Position numbers and translations under genes: made by a program. Below the pieces are notes generated by a model. The model did not search any database, was not told the origin of the DNA, and worked only from the letters and a program-made list of their open reading frames with translations. Positions 1 to 12,094 of a stretch of DNA of 64,000 nt are shown here, one piece after another. Origin of the DNA: a virus (lineage: Duplodnaviria > Caudoviricetes). Within the stretch, counting starts at the first letter, position 1. The number at the start of each line of letters is the position of its first letter. Where the stretch lies: the IMG/VR virus record IMGVR_UViG_3300044266_000273, positions 1 through 64,000 of that record; one strand, 5' to 3'.

Positions 1-2
1 AT

Positions 3-116
3 TCAATTTCGACTGGTTGTATACAAGGTTACCTATCTGATTTCAGAATCACCAAAGGATACGCAAGATACACAGGTAATTTTACACCTTCAACCACACC
101 ATTTATAGCCAAATAA
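3..116 (+). CDS. 3' end of a LamG/concanavalin-like virion protein (partial)
   Basis: Manual translation ...GYLSDFRITKGYARYTGNFTPSTTPFIAK*, a typical LamG-like C-terminus of phage fibre proteins. Confidence 0.6.
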   Translation, partial: SISTGCIQGYLSDFRITKGYARYTGNFTPSTTPFIAK

Positions 117-142
117 ATAATGGATTCATCTAAAGAGTCACT

Positions 143-2002
<1,860 letters not shown>

Positions 2003-2028
2003 AATAAATACCGATAAAAGGCAGTCAA

Positions 2029-2358
2029 ATGGCAACAGTTTATAAAGTTTTAGGTCAATCTTATCCTTCAGCACAAACAGCAACAACACTGTATACTGTT
2101 CCTGCTGCAAATAGCACTGTTGTTTCAACAATTAATATATGTAATTTAAGTCAATCAAATGGAACGTTTCGTATTGCTGTACGACCAGGTGGTGCAGCAT
2201 TAGCTAATGCTCAATATTTGGCTTATGATACACCAATACCAGCAAGCGATTCTATTGCAATGACGATGGGTGTCACTTTAGGAAATACAGATGTTGTAAC
2301 TGTCTACACTGTTTCTGGAAATATATCATTTAGTTTGTTTGGTTCGGAGATTTATTAA
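2029..2358 (+). CDS. Small beta-rich virion structural protein
   Basis: ORF within fibre cluster, S/T/N/V-rich; late-promoter-like AATAAATA upstream. Confidence 0.55.
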   Translation: MATVYKVLGQSYPSAQTATTLYTVPAANSTVVSTINICNLSQSNGTFRIAVRPGGAALANAQYLAYDTPIPASDSIAMTMGVTLGNTDVVTVYTVSGNISFSLFGSEIY

Positions 2359-3281
2359 TGTCTGTTAGAACAGCATCTCTATCAAAACTATCATCAAAAA
2401 ATACTAATATTCGAAATGTCCCAGGTTTATGGGCGGATTTTAGCATATCACCAGCAGTCAATGGAAAAACCACATGGGTTTTTGCACAAGATGGAAATTT
2501 ATCTTTAACAATTCCGGGTGAATATACAGTAATAGTTAATAATACAGTTTCAAAAACAACCAAAATGTGGGGCAGCGGCGGCGCACCGAATACAGGAGGA
2601 AACTCGGCTTGGGGTCAAGGTGGAGCCGGCGGAGCAGCTAACGGTACAGTAACATTTGTTTCCGGACAAACCTACAAAATAAGAGTTCCACAATATGGTG
2701 TAACTGGCACTGCTGCAGCAACAACATATGGTGCAGGAAATGGCGGCGGAATATTTTCTGTTGGTTCAGCTGGTTCTGGTGGAGGTTATGCCGGTATATT
2801 TTTATCCAGTGTTTCACAAGGAAATGCAGTATTGATGGCCGGCGGCGGTGGCGGTGGCGCAAGTGATAGAAGTGACGGATTAGGCGGAAGACCTGGTGCT
2901 GGCGGTGGAGGCACAACAGGTGAAGTGCCGGGAGGTCTTATTTCTGGATCAGGATCTCAATCTTCGGGAGGTTCTTCAGGTGGAGGAGGAAGCCCAACCA
3001 GTGGATCTGCACTACAAGGAGGTAACGGATCGGGTGGTGGCGCTGGTGGTGGCGGAGGTTATTATGGTGGCGGCGGTGGCGGCACACAAACTGATGGCGG
3101 TTACGGTGGTGGTGGAGGATCAGGATATTATAATCCTACTTATGTCGCAGGCGCGACCTTATATACTGCGACAGCTACCACACCAGGAAATAGCGCTGAT
3201 GCAAGTAGGCCATCTGGTGCCGGCGCAGGAGCTACTGCCGGTGGAACATCCGGCAACGGCGCCATTATAATTATAGCATAA
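2358..3281 (+). CDS. Glycine-rich tail-fibre/adhesin-like protein
   Basis: GGGGG/AGGGG blocks (polyglycine-II type), WGSGG and GGGGSGY motifs. Confidence 0.65.
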   Translation: MSVRTASLSKLSSKNTNIRNVPGLWADFSISPAVNGKTTWVFAQDGNLSLTIPGEYTVIVNNTVSKTTKMWGSGGAPNTGGNSAWGQGGAGGAANGTVTFVSGQTYKIRVPQYGVTGTAAATTYGAGNGGGIFSVGSAGSGGGYAGIFLSSVSQGNAVLMAGGGGGGASDRSDGLGGRPGAGGGGTTGEVPGGLISGSGSQSSGGSSGGGGSPTSGSALQGGNGSGGGAGGGGGYYGGGGGGTQTDGGYGGGGGSGYYNPTYVAGATLYTATATTPGNSADASRPSGAGAGATAGGTSGNGAIIIIA

Positions 3282-3319
3282 TAAATAAATCGCATTCATC
3301 ATAATTAATTAATTTAAAT

Positions 3320-4063
3320 ATGTCATTTCCAACTAGCCCGTCAAATGGTCAAATAACGATTGTTAATAACAATCAATACCAATATTTAACTAGCAAAAAT
3401 GCTTGGGTTAGAATAAGAACTTTTGGTTTGCCTGGCCAATTTTTAGGAAGAGAATATACAGCCGACGGTTCTTCAAACACTTTTACAATTACTGCGGGTT
3501 ACACAGCCAACTCATTAATCGTAATGGAGAACGGCGTAGTGCAATCTCCAATTACAGATTATACTGTTTCAAATACAGTATTGACACTGACAACAACACC
3601 AGCAGTAAACACAGTAATTCATATACGTGAATTGCAAATAACGGGACAAACAGGGCCAACTGGACCAACAGGGCCAACTGGTGCAACAGGACTTACAGGT
3701 GCCGCAGGTATTGGTGCAACAGGTGCAACAGGACCAAATATTTTAGTGGTAACAGCCACATTTTCCGGCACATTATCGGTGTTTAATGGAACGAATCGTT
3801 ATTATGTGCCAAGAAATGCAAACGTAACAGATATACTTATGAATTTTAATGGTGTTCCTACTGGTGCAAATGTTATCGTGAGAATAAATAGGAATGGTGT
3901 TGCTAATGCTAACGTACCTGCACTAGCAAATACAATATACACTAGAAATACAACATCTTCTTTTACGGTTGCATCTAATGATTATTTAACAATGGATATC
4001 GTACAAATTGGCAATACATATCCAGGTAGTGACATGACAGTACAATTAGTAGGTACAAATTAA
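3320..4063 (+). CDS. Virion fibre protein with short collagen segment
   Basis: N-terminal FPTSPSNGQ motif, ENGVVQ..DYTVS domain, GPTGPTGAT repeats. Confidence 0.65.
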   Translation: MSFPTSPSNGQITIVNNNQYQYLTSKNAWVRIRTFGLPGQFLGREYTADGSSNTFTITAGYTANSLIVMENGVVQSPITDYTVSNTVLTLTTTPAVNTVIHIRELQITGQTGPTGPTGPTGATGLTGAAGIGATGATGPNILVVTATFSGTLSVFNGTNRYYVPRNANVTDILMNFNGVPTGANVIVRINRNGVANANVPALANTIYTRNTTSSFTVASNDYLTMDIVQIGNTYPGSDMTVQLVGTN

Positions 4064-4073
4064 GGTAAAAAAA

Positions 4074-4268
4074 ATGGATTTTTCTTTTTTCGATGACTCT
4101 TATTATATCTATCGAGCTAATAATGGGTCACTTTCAGATTTAGAATTATTGAATTTTGTAACCACATCTGTCATCACATTTCGTGTTGGAGATACACTAT
4201 ATTTTGGTGCACCACAATTTATGGAAAGCAACGAATTCATTTTAATACGACAACCATTGGTGGTATAA
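4074..4268 (+). CDS. Small hypothetical protein
   Basis: Tightly packed ORF with AAGG RBS. Confidence 0.5.
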   Translation: MDFSFFDDSYYIYRANNGSLSDLELLNFVTTSVITFRVGDTLYFGAPQFMESNEFILIRQPLVV

Positions 4269-4271
4269 ATT

Positions 4272-5375
4272 ATGGCATACGCACAACTAGTATTTCCCTC
4301 AACTCCACAAGCCGGCCAGGTATTAAAAGGCATCATTAAAGTATTGACCGGCGAAAAAAATTTAGCAAATATCGAAGGCGTTACAACATCATCTACCTTT
4401 GATACAGTTGCAAGTTATCAAAGTGTCATTTTAAATGCAAATAATGAGACATGGACACTAGCTTATCCTGCTTCTGGTTTACCAGCAGCAGGCAGCAACG
4501 TTGTGCCTACCGCAACAGTATCTTCACCTTGTATAAACACAGCTCGACCATGGAAATATGTAAGATTTATTATTTCAGGATCAGGAGGTTTATATGCCGA
4601 ACCAATTAATACCGGAAATACTTATTATGCCAACACAACTAATTACGGCATACAAGTACAAGGCCTAAGTGCAGTTGATGGAGCTGCGGGCACAGCAACG
4701 AATCCAACATATAGAAATAACTCTGGTGCATTTGCAACAATCAAAAAAGCAACAAGTACCACAGAAGTTTATGCGGTAAATTTAAGTTGGAGTGCTAGAC
4801 ATTTATTTGTTTCTAGCACTATTGGTGGAAGAACTTGTTTTCATTTTACAACCGAATTTGATGAAACGGGACCGACAGCATATGCGAACGTAGCGCCATG
4901 CTTACATATAACCGGAGGCGGATCAACAACACAATTAACAAGTTCAACTGTAGCAGCTTCAACTTCCTTAAATGTAATCAGTGTTCTTGGTGCATATGAT
5001 GCTGGAGCAGCAGTACCAGCAAATACAGGTATTCGTTGTTTAACTTCTGCCGCTTCAGGTTCAGCCAATTCTGCAAATTTTAATTCAGTGATAGCCGAAG
5101 GATTAACTTCAGGTACAGATGCGTCCAATACATTTTTGAGAAGAATCATTACAACCGGAAAAAATTCTTGGTTGCCAGCACCAATCGTAATTGATGATAC
5201 TGCGAATGGAAATGGAATAATAGATTGTTCAAAATATTCCAATACATATCTTTTTATTGATGGAAGTTTTACCGAAGGATATTGGATTGATACCAATAAT
5301 GTTAACTATAAAGGATTAAACATATACAATTCAGCTTTAACTGATTATTCTACAATATTAGTTAAATATGGTTAA
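4272..5375 (+). CDS. Paralogue 1 of MAYAxL family (putative structural/receptor-binding)
   Basis: Starts MAYAQL, has SSPCIN..KYVR motif shared with downstream ORFs. Confidence 0.55.
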   Translation: MAYAQLVFPSTPQAGQVLKGIIKVLTGEKNLANIEGVTTSSTFDTVASYQSVILNANNETWTLAYPASGLPAAGSNVVPTATVSSPCINTARPWKYVRFIISGSGGLYAEPINTGNTYYANTTNYGIQVQGLSAVDGAAGTATNPTYRNNSGAFATIKKATSTTEVYAVNLSWSARHLFVSSTIGGRTCFHFTTEFDETGPTAYANVAPCLHITGGGSTTQLTSSTVAASTSLNVISVLGAYDAGAAVPANTGIRCLTSAASGSANSANFNSVIAEGLTSGTDASNTFLRRIITTGKNSWLPAPIVIDDTANGNGIIDCSKYSNTYLFIDGSFTEGYWIDTNNVNYKGLNIYNSALTDYSTILVKYG

Positions 5376-5378
5376 ATC

Positions 5379-5774
5379 ATGGCAAATTTAGGAAATGGTG
5401 TTATCTACCCACTTTATGCAAATTCTTATGTAACACAACCAAACACAATATCAACAGTAAATGGTGTTATCTACCCACTTTATGCAAATTCTTATGTAAC
5501 ACAACCAAACACAATATCAACAGGTATAATTTCTGATATTGTACCCCTCTATAATTTAACAGCATCCAATTCACAAATATTTTTATCATATCCAACAACA
5601 TTATATGGAAACACATACATAAATTCAACAAATAACGGAACAATAAATTTATCCTATCCAACAACATTATATGGAAACACATACATAAATTCAACAAATA
5701 ATTATACAAATATGATAACACAAGAAGTTAATAATACTTTTGGTAGTCCAAATTTTATTTTTAGAAAGTTGTAA
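5379..5774 (+). CDS. Small N/T/Y-rich protein with two internal 22-aa duplications
   Basis: NGVIYPLYANSYVTQPNTIST x2 and LSYPTTLYGNTYINSTNN x2. Confidence 0.55.
   Translation: MANLGNGVIYPLYANSYVTQPNTISTVNGVIYPLYANSYVTQPNTISTGIISDIVPLYNLTASNSQIFLSYPTTLYGNTYINSTNNGTINLSYPTTLYGNTYINSTNNYTNMITQEVNNTFGSPNFIFRKL
5393..5523 (+). repeat. Tandem duplication, 66-nt period
   Basis: 5393-5457 is repeated exactly at 5459-5523; a second 66-nt-period pair follows at ~5581-5701. Confidence 0.85.
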
Positions 5775-5775
5775 A

Positions 5776-6861
5776 ATGGCTTATGCAAGATTGATATTTT
5801 CTACGAGTGCTACGGTACAACAAAAATTAAAAGAAATAACTAACATTTGTGTGGGTGGAATCACTTCAAACACACAATTAGAATTTGCCAACACACAACA
5901 AAGTATTGTAATAACAACAGAGCCGGCTGGGTGGACCATAGCTGATGCCAACAGTGCAATAGAATCAGCAGGTGTAGCTACTAAAGTACAGTATAGATTA
6001 AGTTCTCCGTGTGTTAATCCTAGTAAAACCAAGTATTGTGAATTGGGTGCGGTTACAGATAGTCTTTTAGGCCCAAACCAAGGAACTCGAACTAATACAC
6101 GACCCGCAGCCGATGCGACAGCCGGACACCTTTGGATTCCTATAGGAACAGGAGTTAGTGCGAACACATTAACAAATGCAATTTGGTATTATAACGCTTG
6201 GGTAAATACGGCCGCCGGCGTAAACTATCAAGGAGTTATTTACGATGTATTTTTATCTTCATCATTCACGGAATATTTTGTTAGTGTGACAAATAGAAAA
6301 TTAATAGTTATTTCTAACGGCGTTTCATATGCATCAACAACGAATGGTCCTGCTGTTATAATGAATTTAGAATTTCCAGAAACAACACACACGACAATGT
6401 GGTCAAATTTGCCATTCATTAACATTTTTATGAATGATAGCACAAGAACTCTTGGCGGCGATACAGCCAGCACCAATATAATTACTGGTTCAACAAATAC
6501 ATCAGTTTTTAGATCGGCATGGCTTACTAACTGGTATGATATGACGACAGGCACAAGAGCTGCCACAAAAGCCGACCAAATATTAGCTCAATATTATATG
6601 CCAAATATTCCAAGCAGGTCAATTACTAGTTCAGGAACAACTGTTTTACCATTGTGTGAATTTATTGATATTAGATCATCAAAAGGAGAAGGCGTACACA
6701 ATTATAGTACATTAACAAACACATATTATACATATAAAACACCAAATTATGTTGCTTGTGGAGATGAGGCGGTGATAGGAAGTGATACTTATGTTCTTAT
6801 AACCATAGGTGGAAATACTTCAACATCATATTTGAGAACAATTGCAATTAAGAAAGCTTAA
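5776..6861 (+). CDS. Paralogue 2 of MAYAxL family
   Basis: ATG at 5776 (MAYARLIFS); near-identical N-terminus to 6864 ORF. Confidence 0.6.
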   Translation: MAYARLIFSTSATVQQKLKEITNICVGGITSNTQLEFANTQQSIVITTEPAGWTIADANSAIESAGVATKVQYRLSSPCVNPSKTKYCELGAVTDSLLGPNQGTRTNTRPAADATAGHLWIPIGTGVSANTLTNAIWYYNAWVNTAAGVNYQGVIYDVFLSSSFTEYFVSVTNRKLIVISNGVSYASTTNGPAVIMNLEFPETTHTTMWSNLPFINIFMNDSTRTLGGDTASTNIITGSTNTSVFRSAWLTNWYDMTTGTRAATKADQILAQYYMPNIPSRSITSSGTTVLPLCEFIDIRSSKGEGVHNYSTLTNTYYTYKTPNYVACGDEAVIGSDTYVLITIGGNTSTSYLRTIAIKKA

Positions 6862-6863
6862 TT

Positions 6864-7919
6864 ATGGCCTATGCAAGATTAATATTTTCTGGTACAGTCA
6901 CAGTACAACAAAAATTAAAAGAAATAGCTAACGTTTGTACTGGTGGAATCACTTCAAACACACAATTAGAATTTGCTAATACATCGCAAAGCATTGTGAT
7001 ATCAACGGAACCGGCCGGATGGACAATAGCTGATGCCAACAGTTCTATAGAATCCACAGGAACAGCAACCAAAGTACAATATAGGTTGAGTTCTCCATGC
7101 GTTAATACCAGTAAAACCAAGTATTGTGAATTAAGTGCGCTCGCATCACAAACATTATCAACATCGGGCACAGTTTTTAATACTAGGCCTGCGGCGGCCG
7201 CCACAACTGGTTATTTGTGGGTACCTATAGGTTCAGCAGTTAGCGCTAACACATTAACAAATGCAGTTTGGTATTTTAACAGTTATGGTCCAACTGGTGG
7301 CTCAGCATCAACAACAGTTTATAATCCCAGTTTATCTTCTACAGTTACTGAATATTTTATCAGTGTCACAAACAGAAAACTAATAGTTTTTGCATCTTCC
7401 GGTGGAAACGGCCCAGCAATTATAATGAATTTAGAATTTCCGGAAACAACTTACACAACAACATGGGGAAATTTACCACTCATTAATATTTTTATGAACG
7501 ATAGTTCCCGTCCTGCGCCTGTTGCTGAGCCGCAAGGAACAAACTATATTCTTAGTAATGGTCAAAGCGTTTATAGAACATCTTGGTTAACAAATTGGTA
7601 TGATTTAAGTCTTAGTGCTAGAGCCCAAACTCGTGCAGATATTGCTTCGTCACAATATTACATAGTGAATCCACCTTCATTGACCGTCAATTCCGCAGGA
7701 ACATCAGTGTATCCTTTATATCCTTTTATTGATACCCGCACATCTAAAGGAGAAGGTATACACAATTACACTACATTAACAAATACATATTATACTTACC
7801 GAAGTGCAGCTTACACAGCTGTAGGAGATGAAATTACAGTTGGTTCGGATACGTATGTGGTTTTAACGATTGGATCAGCTACTACATACAATAGATGTAT
7901 TTGTATTAAGAAAGCTTAA
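6864..7919 (+). CDS. Paralogue 3 of MAYAxL family
   Basis: Colinear with paralogue 2 along full length, ends IKKA. Confidence 0.6.
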   Translation: MAYARLIFSGTVTVQQKLKEIANVCTGGITSNTQLEFANTSQSIVISTEPAGWTIADANSSIESTGTATKVQYRLSSPCVNTSKTKYCELSALASQTLSTSGTVFNTRPAAAATTGYLWVPIGSAVSANTLTNAVWYFNSYGPTGGSASTTVYNPSLSSTVTEYFISVTNRKLIVFASSGGNGPAIIMNLEFPETTYTTTWGNLPLINIFMNDSSRPAPVAEPQGTNYILSNGQSVYRTSWLTNWYDLSLSARAQTRADIASSQYYIVNPPSLTVNSAGTSVYPLYPFIDTRTSKGEGIHNYTTLTNTYYTYRSAAYTAVGDEITVGSDTYVVLTIGSATTYNRCICIKKA

Positions 7920-7920
7920 A

Positions 7921-8952
7921 ATGTACGCAAAATTGGTTGTCAGAACAGGTACCGCAAACACTATTGCTGAAATGATGCAAGAAATGGCCAACGTTATCAC
8001 CGGATCAGTGACAACCAATAGTCAACTATCTGTTTTTGACAGTGTTAATAGTACAATCACAACGACCACACCAACAAATTGGTCTTTAATATATCCTTCG
8101 GTTGTTACATCAAACAGTAATGTATATATTTTTAGATCACAATGTGTAAACACAAGTAAATACAAATATGCAAGATTGATATGTAAAGGTACTGCAACGA
8201 ATGAACCTTGGGTGGAACCAACAGGTGGCACAGCAAACCCAAATCAGCAAAGAACTTATGCAGCGAGATATGTTGAAATGGATTCATGTACTTCAGCAAA
8301 CACAACAACCGCTGTGGTAACAAACTCAACATACAAACATCAAAGTAACGAAGGGTATATACCTTTTTCACAAACACTATACATAAGTGCAAGCGCAAGA
8401 CATTTGGCTATGTATTCTCAATACAATTCTTCCACAAATATTATTTGCGCGTTTGGTATTTTTGAGCATCCAGAAACTAATATAACAACAGGTAAAAATT
8501 TAATTCCTGTTGTAACGTACAGAGGTCGTGGTGCCGCATTAACTGTTACAACCACTTCATTAGAAACTGCGGCCGCACCAGGAAATTCTGTGATGCAGGT
8601 TCCAGATGGATATACGTCATCAACAAACACAAAATCATTATTAGGTATTGACGCTCTAACAAGCCCACACAGTTTTGATTTTGGACAAACATTTATCGCC
8701 AGTGCATCTGATCCCGGAACACGAATTTTATCTCAAGCTAACACCTATTTAAGGCAATTTCCAGGAAAAGATTTATTTTTTTATGATATAAACAGAAGTC
8801 AAAATTTTATTAATGCTAGTTCACTATCAAATGTTTATTATATTCCGAACGGAGCATCAACATCATCTATAGGAAGTTTATATACATATGGAAGTAACAC
8901 ATACATATCTTTACCATTAACATCTTCAACAATTTTATTTCCTAATTCATAA
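7921..8952 (+). CDS. Paralogue 4 of MAYAxL family
   Basis: ATG at 7921 (MYAKL), SQCVNTSKYKYAR, SARHL and EHPET motifs. Confidence 0.55.
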   Translation: MYAKLVVRTGTANTIAEMMQEMANVITGSVTTNSQLSVFDSVNSTITTTTPTNWSLIYPSVVTSNSNVYIFRSQCVNTSKYKYARLICKGTATNEPWVEPTGGTANPNQQRTYAARYVEMDSCTSANTTTAVVTNSTYKHQSNEGYIPFSQTLYISASARHLAMYSQYNSSTNIICAFGIFEHPETNITTGKNLIPVVTYRGRGAALTVTTTSLETAAAPGNSVMQVPDGYTSSTNTKSLLGIDALTSPHSFDFGQTFIASASDPGTRILSQANTYLRQFPGKDLFFYDINRSQNFINASSLSNVYYIPNGASTSSIGSLYTYGSNTYISLPLTSSTILFPNS

Positions 8953-9155
8953 TGGCCGCATTTGCAAACAACGGTGTGTTAACAGTATATTCCGCCTCAA
9001 ATACTTTTTTATTGACCGCCAATTCTTTTGGTAATATTGTTTCAACGATAGGTTTGAATTTGTCGAATAATATAATTTTAACAGTTACTTCAATAAATAG
9101 TGCAATTTACGATGCTACTTTAAGCAACGAATCATCTAGAATGTCATGGGGTTAA
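8952..9155 (+). CDS. Small hypothetical protein
   Basis: TAATG coupling to upstream gene; N-terminus MAAFANNGVL resembles MANLGNGVI of 5379 ORF. Confidence 0.5.
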   Translation: MAAFANNGVLTVYSASNTFLLTANSFGNIVSTIGLNLSNNIILTVTSINSAIYDATLSNESSRMSWG

Positions 9156-9156
9156 A

Positions 9157-10299
9157 ATGTACGCAAGATTAAGACAAAAAATATCTATTACTAGTAGCAC
9201 ACAAACAGCGAATAGCCCAAGTTCAAATAGTTTGGGAAATATCGCCATGAGTTTAATGATGAAAGATATTGGTCGAGTAATTACAGGATATGTTACAACT
9301 ACGAGCGATTTAAATCCCGATCTATGGGATATTCCAAATTCCGAAATTGTCAGAACGGTTGCTCCTGGATGGAATGAATATCAAAGTAATTATGTTAATA
9401 CATCCACAAATATACCAACAGACCTTACAGGCAACACAAATATAATTTATTTTAGAACATCGGCCGCTGCAAATACAGCTAATGGTGCACCAATTTATAA
9501 ATATTTTGGAATAGGCTACGTAAATAATAACGGTTTAGTAACATCAAATTATAAATTTAACACATATAATCCTTGGTTCACATCAGATTATGTTGGAAAT
9601 CCTACACTAACATTTAGAAGTAATGAGTCTTTCGCATCACCCAATGCATTGGGAAGAGAACCAATAGATGCATCCAGATTAAATGAATTTATAATTTATG
9701 CAAGTCCAAGAGCGATTGTTCTAAGCTCACAAGTTATTGGATATGTTACATCATCAAAAGTATCAACATTTTTAGAATATACATCAACACCACAAACGCA
9801 AATATATAATTTACCAAATCAAGTTTTTTATGAGGTGAGTTCGGAATCACCAGCCAATACAGCAGCGACAACATTTAGTACAACCGCATATAATATAGTT
9901 GGTGGTTATAATCCGGCCGTTGGTAAAGATATTCTTACAACACCGGCAAATAATTCTAATTTTGGAATAGTATACACATATACTCCAACTTTAGGTACAA
10001 CAGGATTCCAGTCGCTTTGGAGTACCGCAACAGCTACAAATGATTTAGCAACGATGAAACCCGGAACATACAACAATATGGCCAACACCACAGATTCAGC
10101 TGGCAATCTAGTAACTGTTCCTGTGATGCCGTTAATTCATTATCCTGCTTGGGACACCGTGTATGATTTAAGTTCTTTAACTGGAATATATGGTACCAGA
10201 TCAGGTTTAGGAGCTTCTGGTGACACATTAACGATTAATGGTCAAAATTATGCATATGTAAACGTGACTAACATGTCCTATTTGGTGCCAAGGCAATAA
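9157..10299 (+). CDS. Paralogue 5 (divergent) of MAYAxL family
   Basis: MYARL start, RVITGYVTT, YKYF, ASPRAI and C-terminal GDTLTINGQNY match family pattern. Confidence 0.5.
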   Translation: MYARLRQKISITSSTQTANSPSSNSLGNIAMSLMMKDIGRVITGYVTTTSDLNPDLWDIPNSEIVRTVAPGWNEYQSNYVNTSTNIPTDLTGNTNIIYFRTSAAANTANGAPIYKYFGIGYVNNNGLVTSNYKFNTYNPWFTSDYVGNPTLTFRSNESFASPNALGREPIDASRLNEFIIYASPRAIVLSSQVIGYVTSSKVSTFLEYTSTPQTQIYNLPNQVFYEVSSESPANTAATTFSTTAYNIVGGYNPAVGKDILTTPANNSNFGIVYTYTPTLGTTGFQSLWSTATATNDLATMKPGTYNNMANTTDSAGNLVTVPVMPLIHYPAWDTVYDLSSLTGIYGTRSGLGASGDTLTINGQNYAYVNVTNMSYLVPRQ

Positions 10300-10325
10300 A
10301 TATTTAGGAATAAGGACCAATAACA

Positions 10326-11261
10326 ATGGCACTAACGCTTGACGGAACAAACGGAATAATATTGCCAACTTGGACCACTGCTGGTCGCCCAAGTAGCCCT
10401 AGTAATGGCCAAATGGGATTTAATAGTTCGTTAGGTTACTTAGAATATTATAATAGTTCACAGGCTAGTTGGTATGGAACATTCGTTGCACCGACATACT
10501 CAGTTGATTATCTGGTTGTTGCTGGTGGTGGCGGAGGTACTGGTGGCGCTAATGGTGGTTCAGGCGGCGGCGCTGGTGGTTATCTCTCAGGCTCAGTTTC
10601 AATTACTGCTGCAGCATCTTACACTGTAACAGTTGGTGGCGGTGGTACCGGCACGACAGCAACAAATGCTTCACAAGGTTCGGCTTCTATATTTTCTTCT
10701 TATACTACCGTTGGTGGTGGCGCCGGAACTATTGCTGGAACAGGTGGTTCCGGTGGTTCTGGTGCAGGCGCGCCGGCATCAAGTAGTTCTTATTCGGGCG
10801 GTTCAGGCACAGTTGGCCAAGGTAATAACGGCGGTAACAATAGTACAGGTTCACCATATCCAGGTGGCGGTGGTGGTGGCGCTGGTGCTGTTGGTGGTAC
10901 TGGATCCGGAAGTCAATCTGGTGCTGGTGGTGTTGGATTGAATTGGCAGTCATTGGGAACATTCTATGCTGGCGGCGGTGGTGGTGGCGGTACTGCTCAA
11001 GGTGCCGCAGCTGGTGCAGGCGGTAATGGTGGTGGCGGTAATGGTGGTGGTGGAAATGCCAACGGTACAGCTGGTACAACTAACACAGGCGGTGGCGGTG
11101 GTGGTGCAGGCAACAGTGGCGGTAACACAGGTGGGACCGGTGGTTCAGGTGTAGTTGTCATTCGTTACTCGGGTAGTCAGCGCGGCACCGGTGGAACAGT
11201 AACTAGTTCCGGTGGATACACATATCACACATTCACTTCATCAGGAACATATACAGCATAA
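10326..11261 (+). CDS. Glycine-rich tail-fibre/adhesin-like protein
   Basis: WTTAGRPSSP..GQMGFN N-terminal motif, YLVVAGGGGG, GGSGVVVIRY, YTYHTFTSSG. Confidence 0.7.
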   Translation: MALTLDGTNGIILPTWTTAGRPSSPSNGQMGFNSSLGYLEYYNSSQASWYGTFVAPTYSVDYLVVAGGGGGTGGANGGSGGGAGGYLSGSVSITAAASYTVTVGGGGTGTTATNASQGSASIFSSYTTVGGGAGTIAGTGGSGGSGAGAPASSSSYSGGSGTVGQGNNGGNNSTGSPYPGGGGGGAGAVGGTGSGSQSGAGGVGLNWQSLGTFYAGGGGGGGTAQGAAAGAGGNGGGGNGGGGNANGTAGTTNTGGGGGGAGNSGGNTGGTGGSGVVVIRYSGSQRGTGGTVTSSGGYTYHTFTSSGTYTA

Positions 11262-11281
11262 CTCGTGACTTTTCAGTGAGT

Positions 11282-11289
11282 TATAAATA
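11282..11289 (+). promoter_or_regulatory. T4-type late promoter TATAAATA
   Basis: Exact consensus upstream of gp13. Confidence 0.75.
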
Positions 11290-11319
11290 CTATGGTACAT
11301 AACACCATGGATGCATCAA

Positions 11320-12093
11320 ATGGCAACAATTACAGACAGAAACAGTTTCAAAGACTACTGCCTGAGAAGACTTGGATTTCCTGTTATTGATATTAACGTA
11401 GATGATGACCAAGTAGAAGATAGAATAGACGATGCTTTGCAATATTGGCAAGACTATCATTTTGACGGTATGCAAAAAGTCTATTACATCAAGGCAGTTC
11501 GTCAACAAGAAATTGACCAAAAATACTTAGACCTCAGTGACGCCACTGATGCCGATGATAATCCTATGGAAATTATTGGTGTTACACGTATATTTCCACT
11601 GAGAGATTCACAGGCAACCATCAATATGTTTGACCTGAGATACCAACTCCGTCTGAATGAGTTGTACGATTTTACCTCGGCATCCTACATCAACTATACA
11701 TTAACACAACAACATCTTCGTTCTTTAGAATTGATGTTCACAGGTGAAGTTCCAATTCGTTTCCAGAGACATATGCAGAGACTCTACATTGATTGGGCTT
11801 GGGGCCAAGCAGAGGCACCAGTCGGCACAGTTATTGTGGCAGAATCATATGCAAATATTAATCCTGATGTATACAATAAAGTTTGGAATGACCGCTGGTT
11901 AAAAGAATATGCCACTGCACTTATCAAAAGAAATTGGGGAGCCAATCTCAAGAAGTTTGCCGGCATTCAACTGCCAGGTGGTGTCACATTAAATGGAGAC
12001 AAAATATTCCAAGAAGCATCAGATGAAATTGATGCACTGCAAAAACAAATGCAGACGGATTATGGTGCACCATTAGAATTTATGATGAATTAA
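11320..12093 (+). CDS. gp13: Neck protein gp13
   Basis: LRRLGFPVIDINVDDDQVEDRIDDALQY; GIQLPGGVTLNG; synteny. Confidence 0.9.
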   Translation: MATITDRNSFKDYCLRRLGFPVIDINVDDDQVEDRIDDALQYWQDYHFDGMQKVYYIKAVRQQEIDQKYLDLSDATDADDNPMEIIGVTRIFPLRDSQATINMFDLRYQLRLNELYDFTSASYINYTLTQQHLRSLELMFTGEVPIRFQRHMQRLYIDWAWGQAEAPVGTVIVAESYANINPDVYNKVWNDRWLKEYATALIKRNWGANLKKFAGIQLPGGVTLNGDKIFQEASDEIDALQKQMQTDYGAPLEFMMN

Positions 12094-12094
12094 T

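Noticed and set aside
5776-7919. Diversity-generating retroelement TR/VR pair
   Set aside because: Both copies are full-length ORFs with indels and changes at all bases; no reverse transcriptase in the window.
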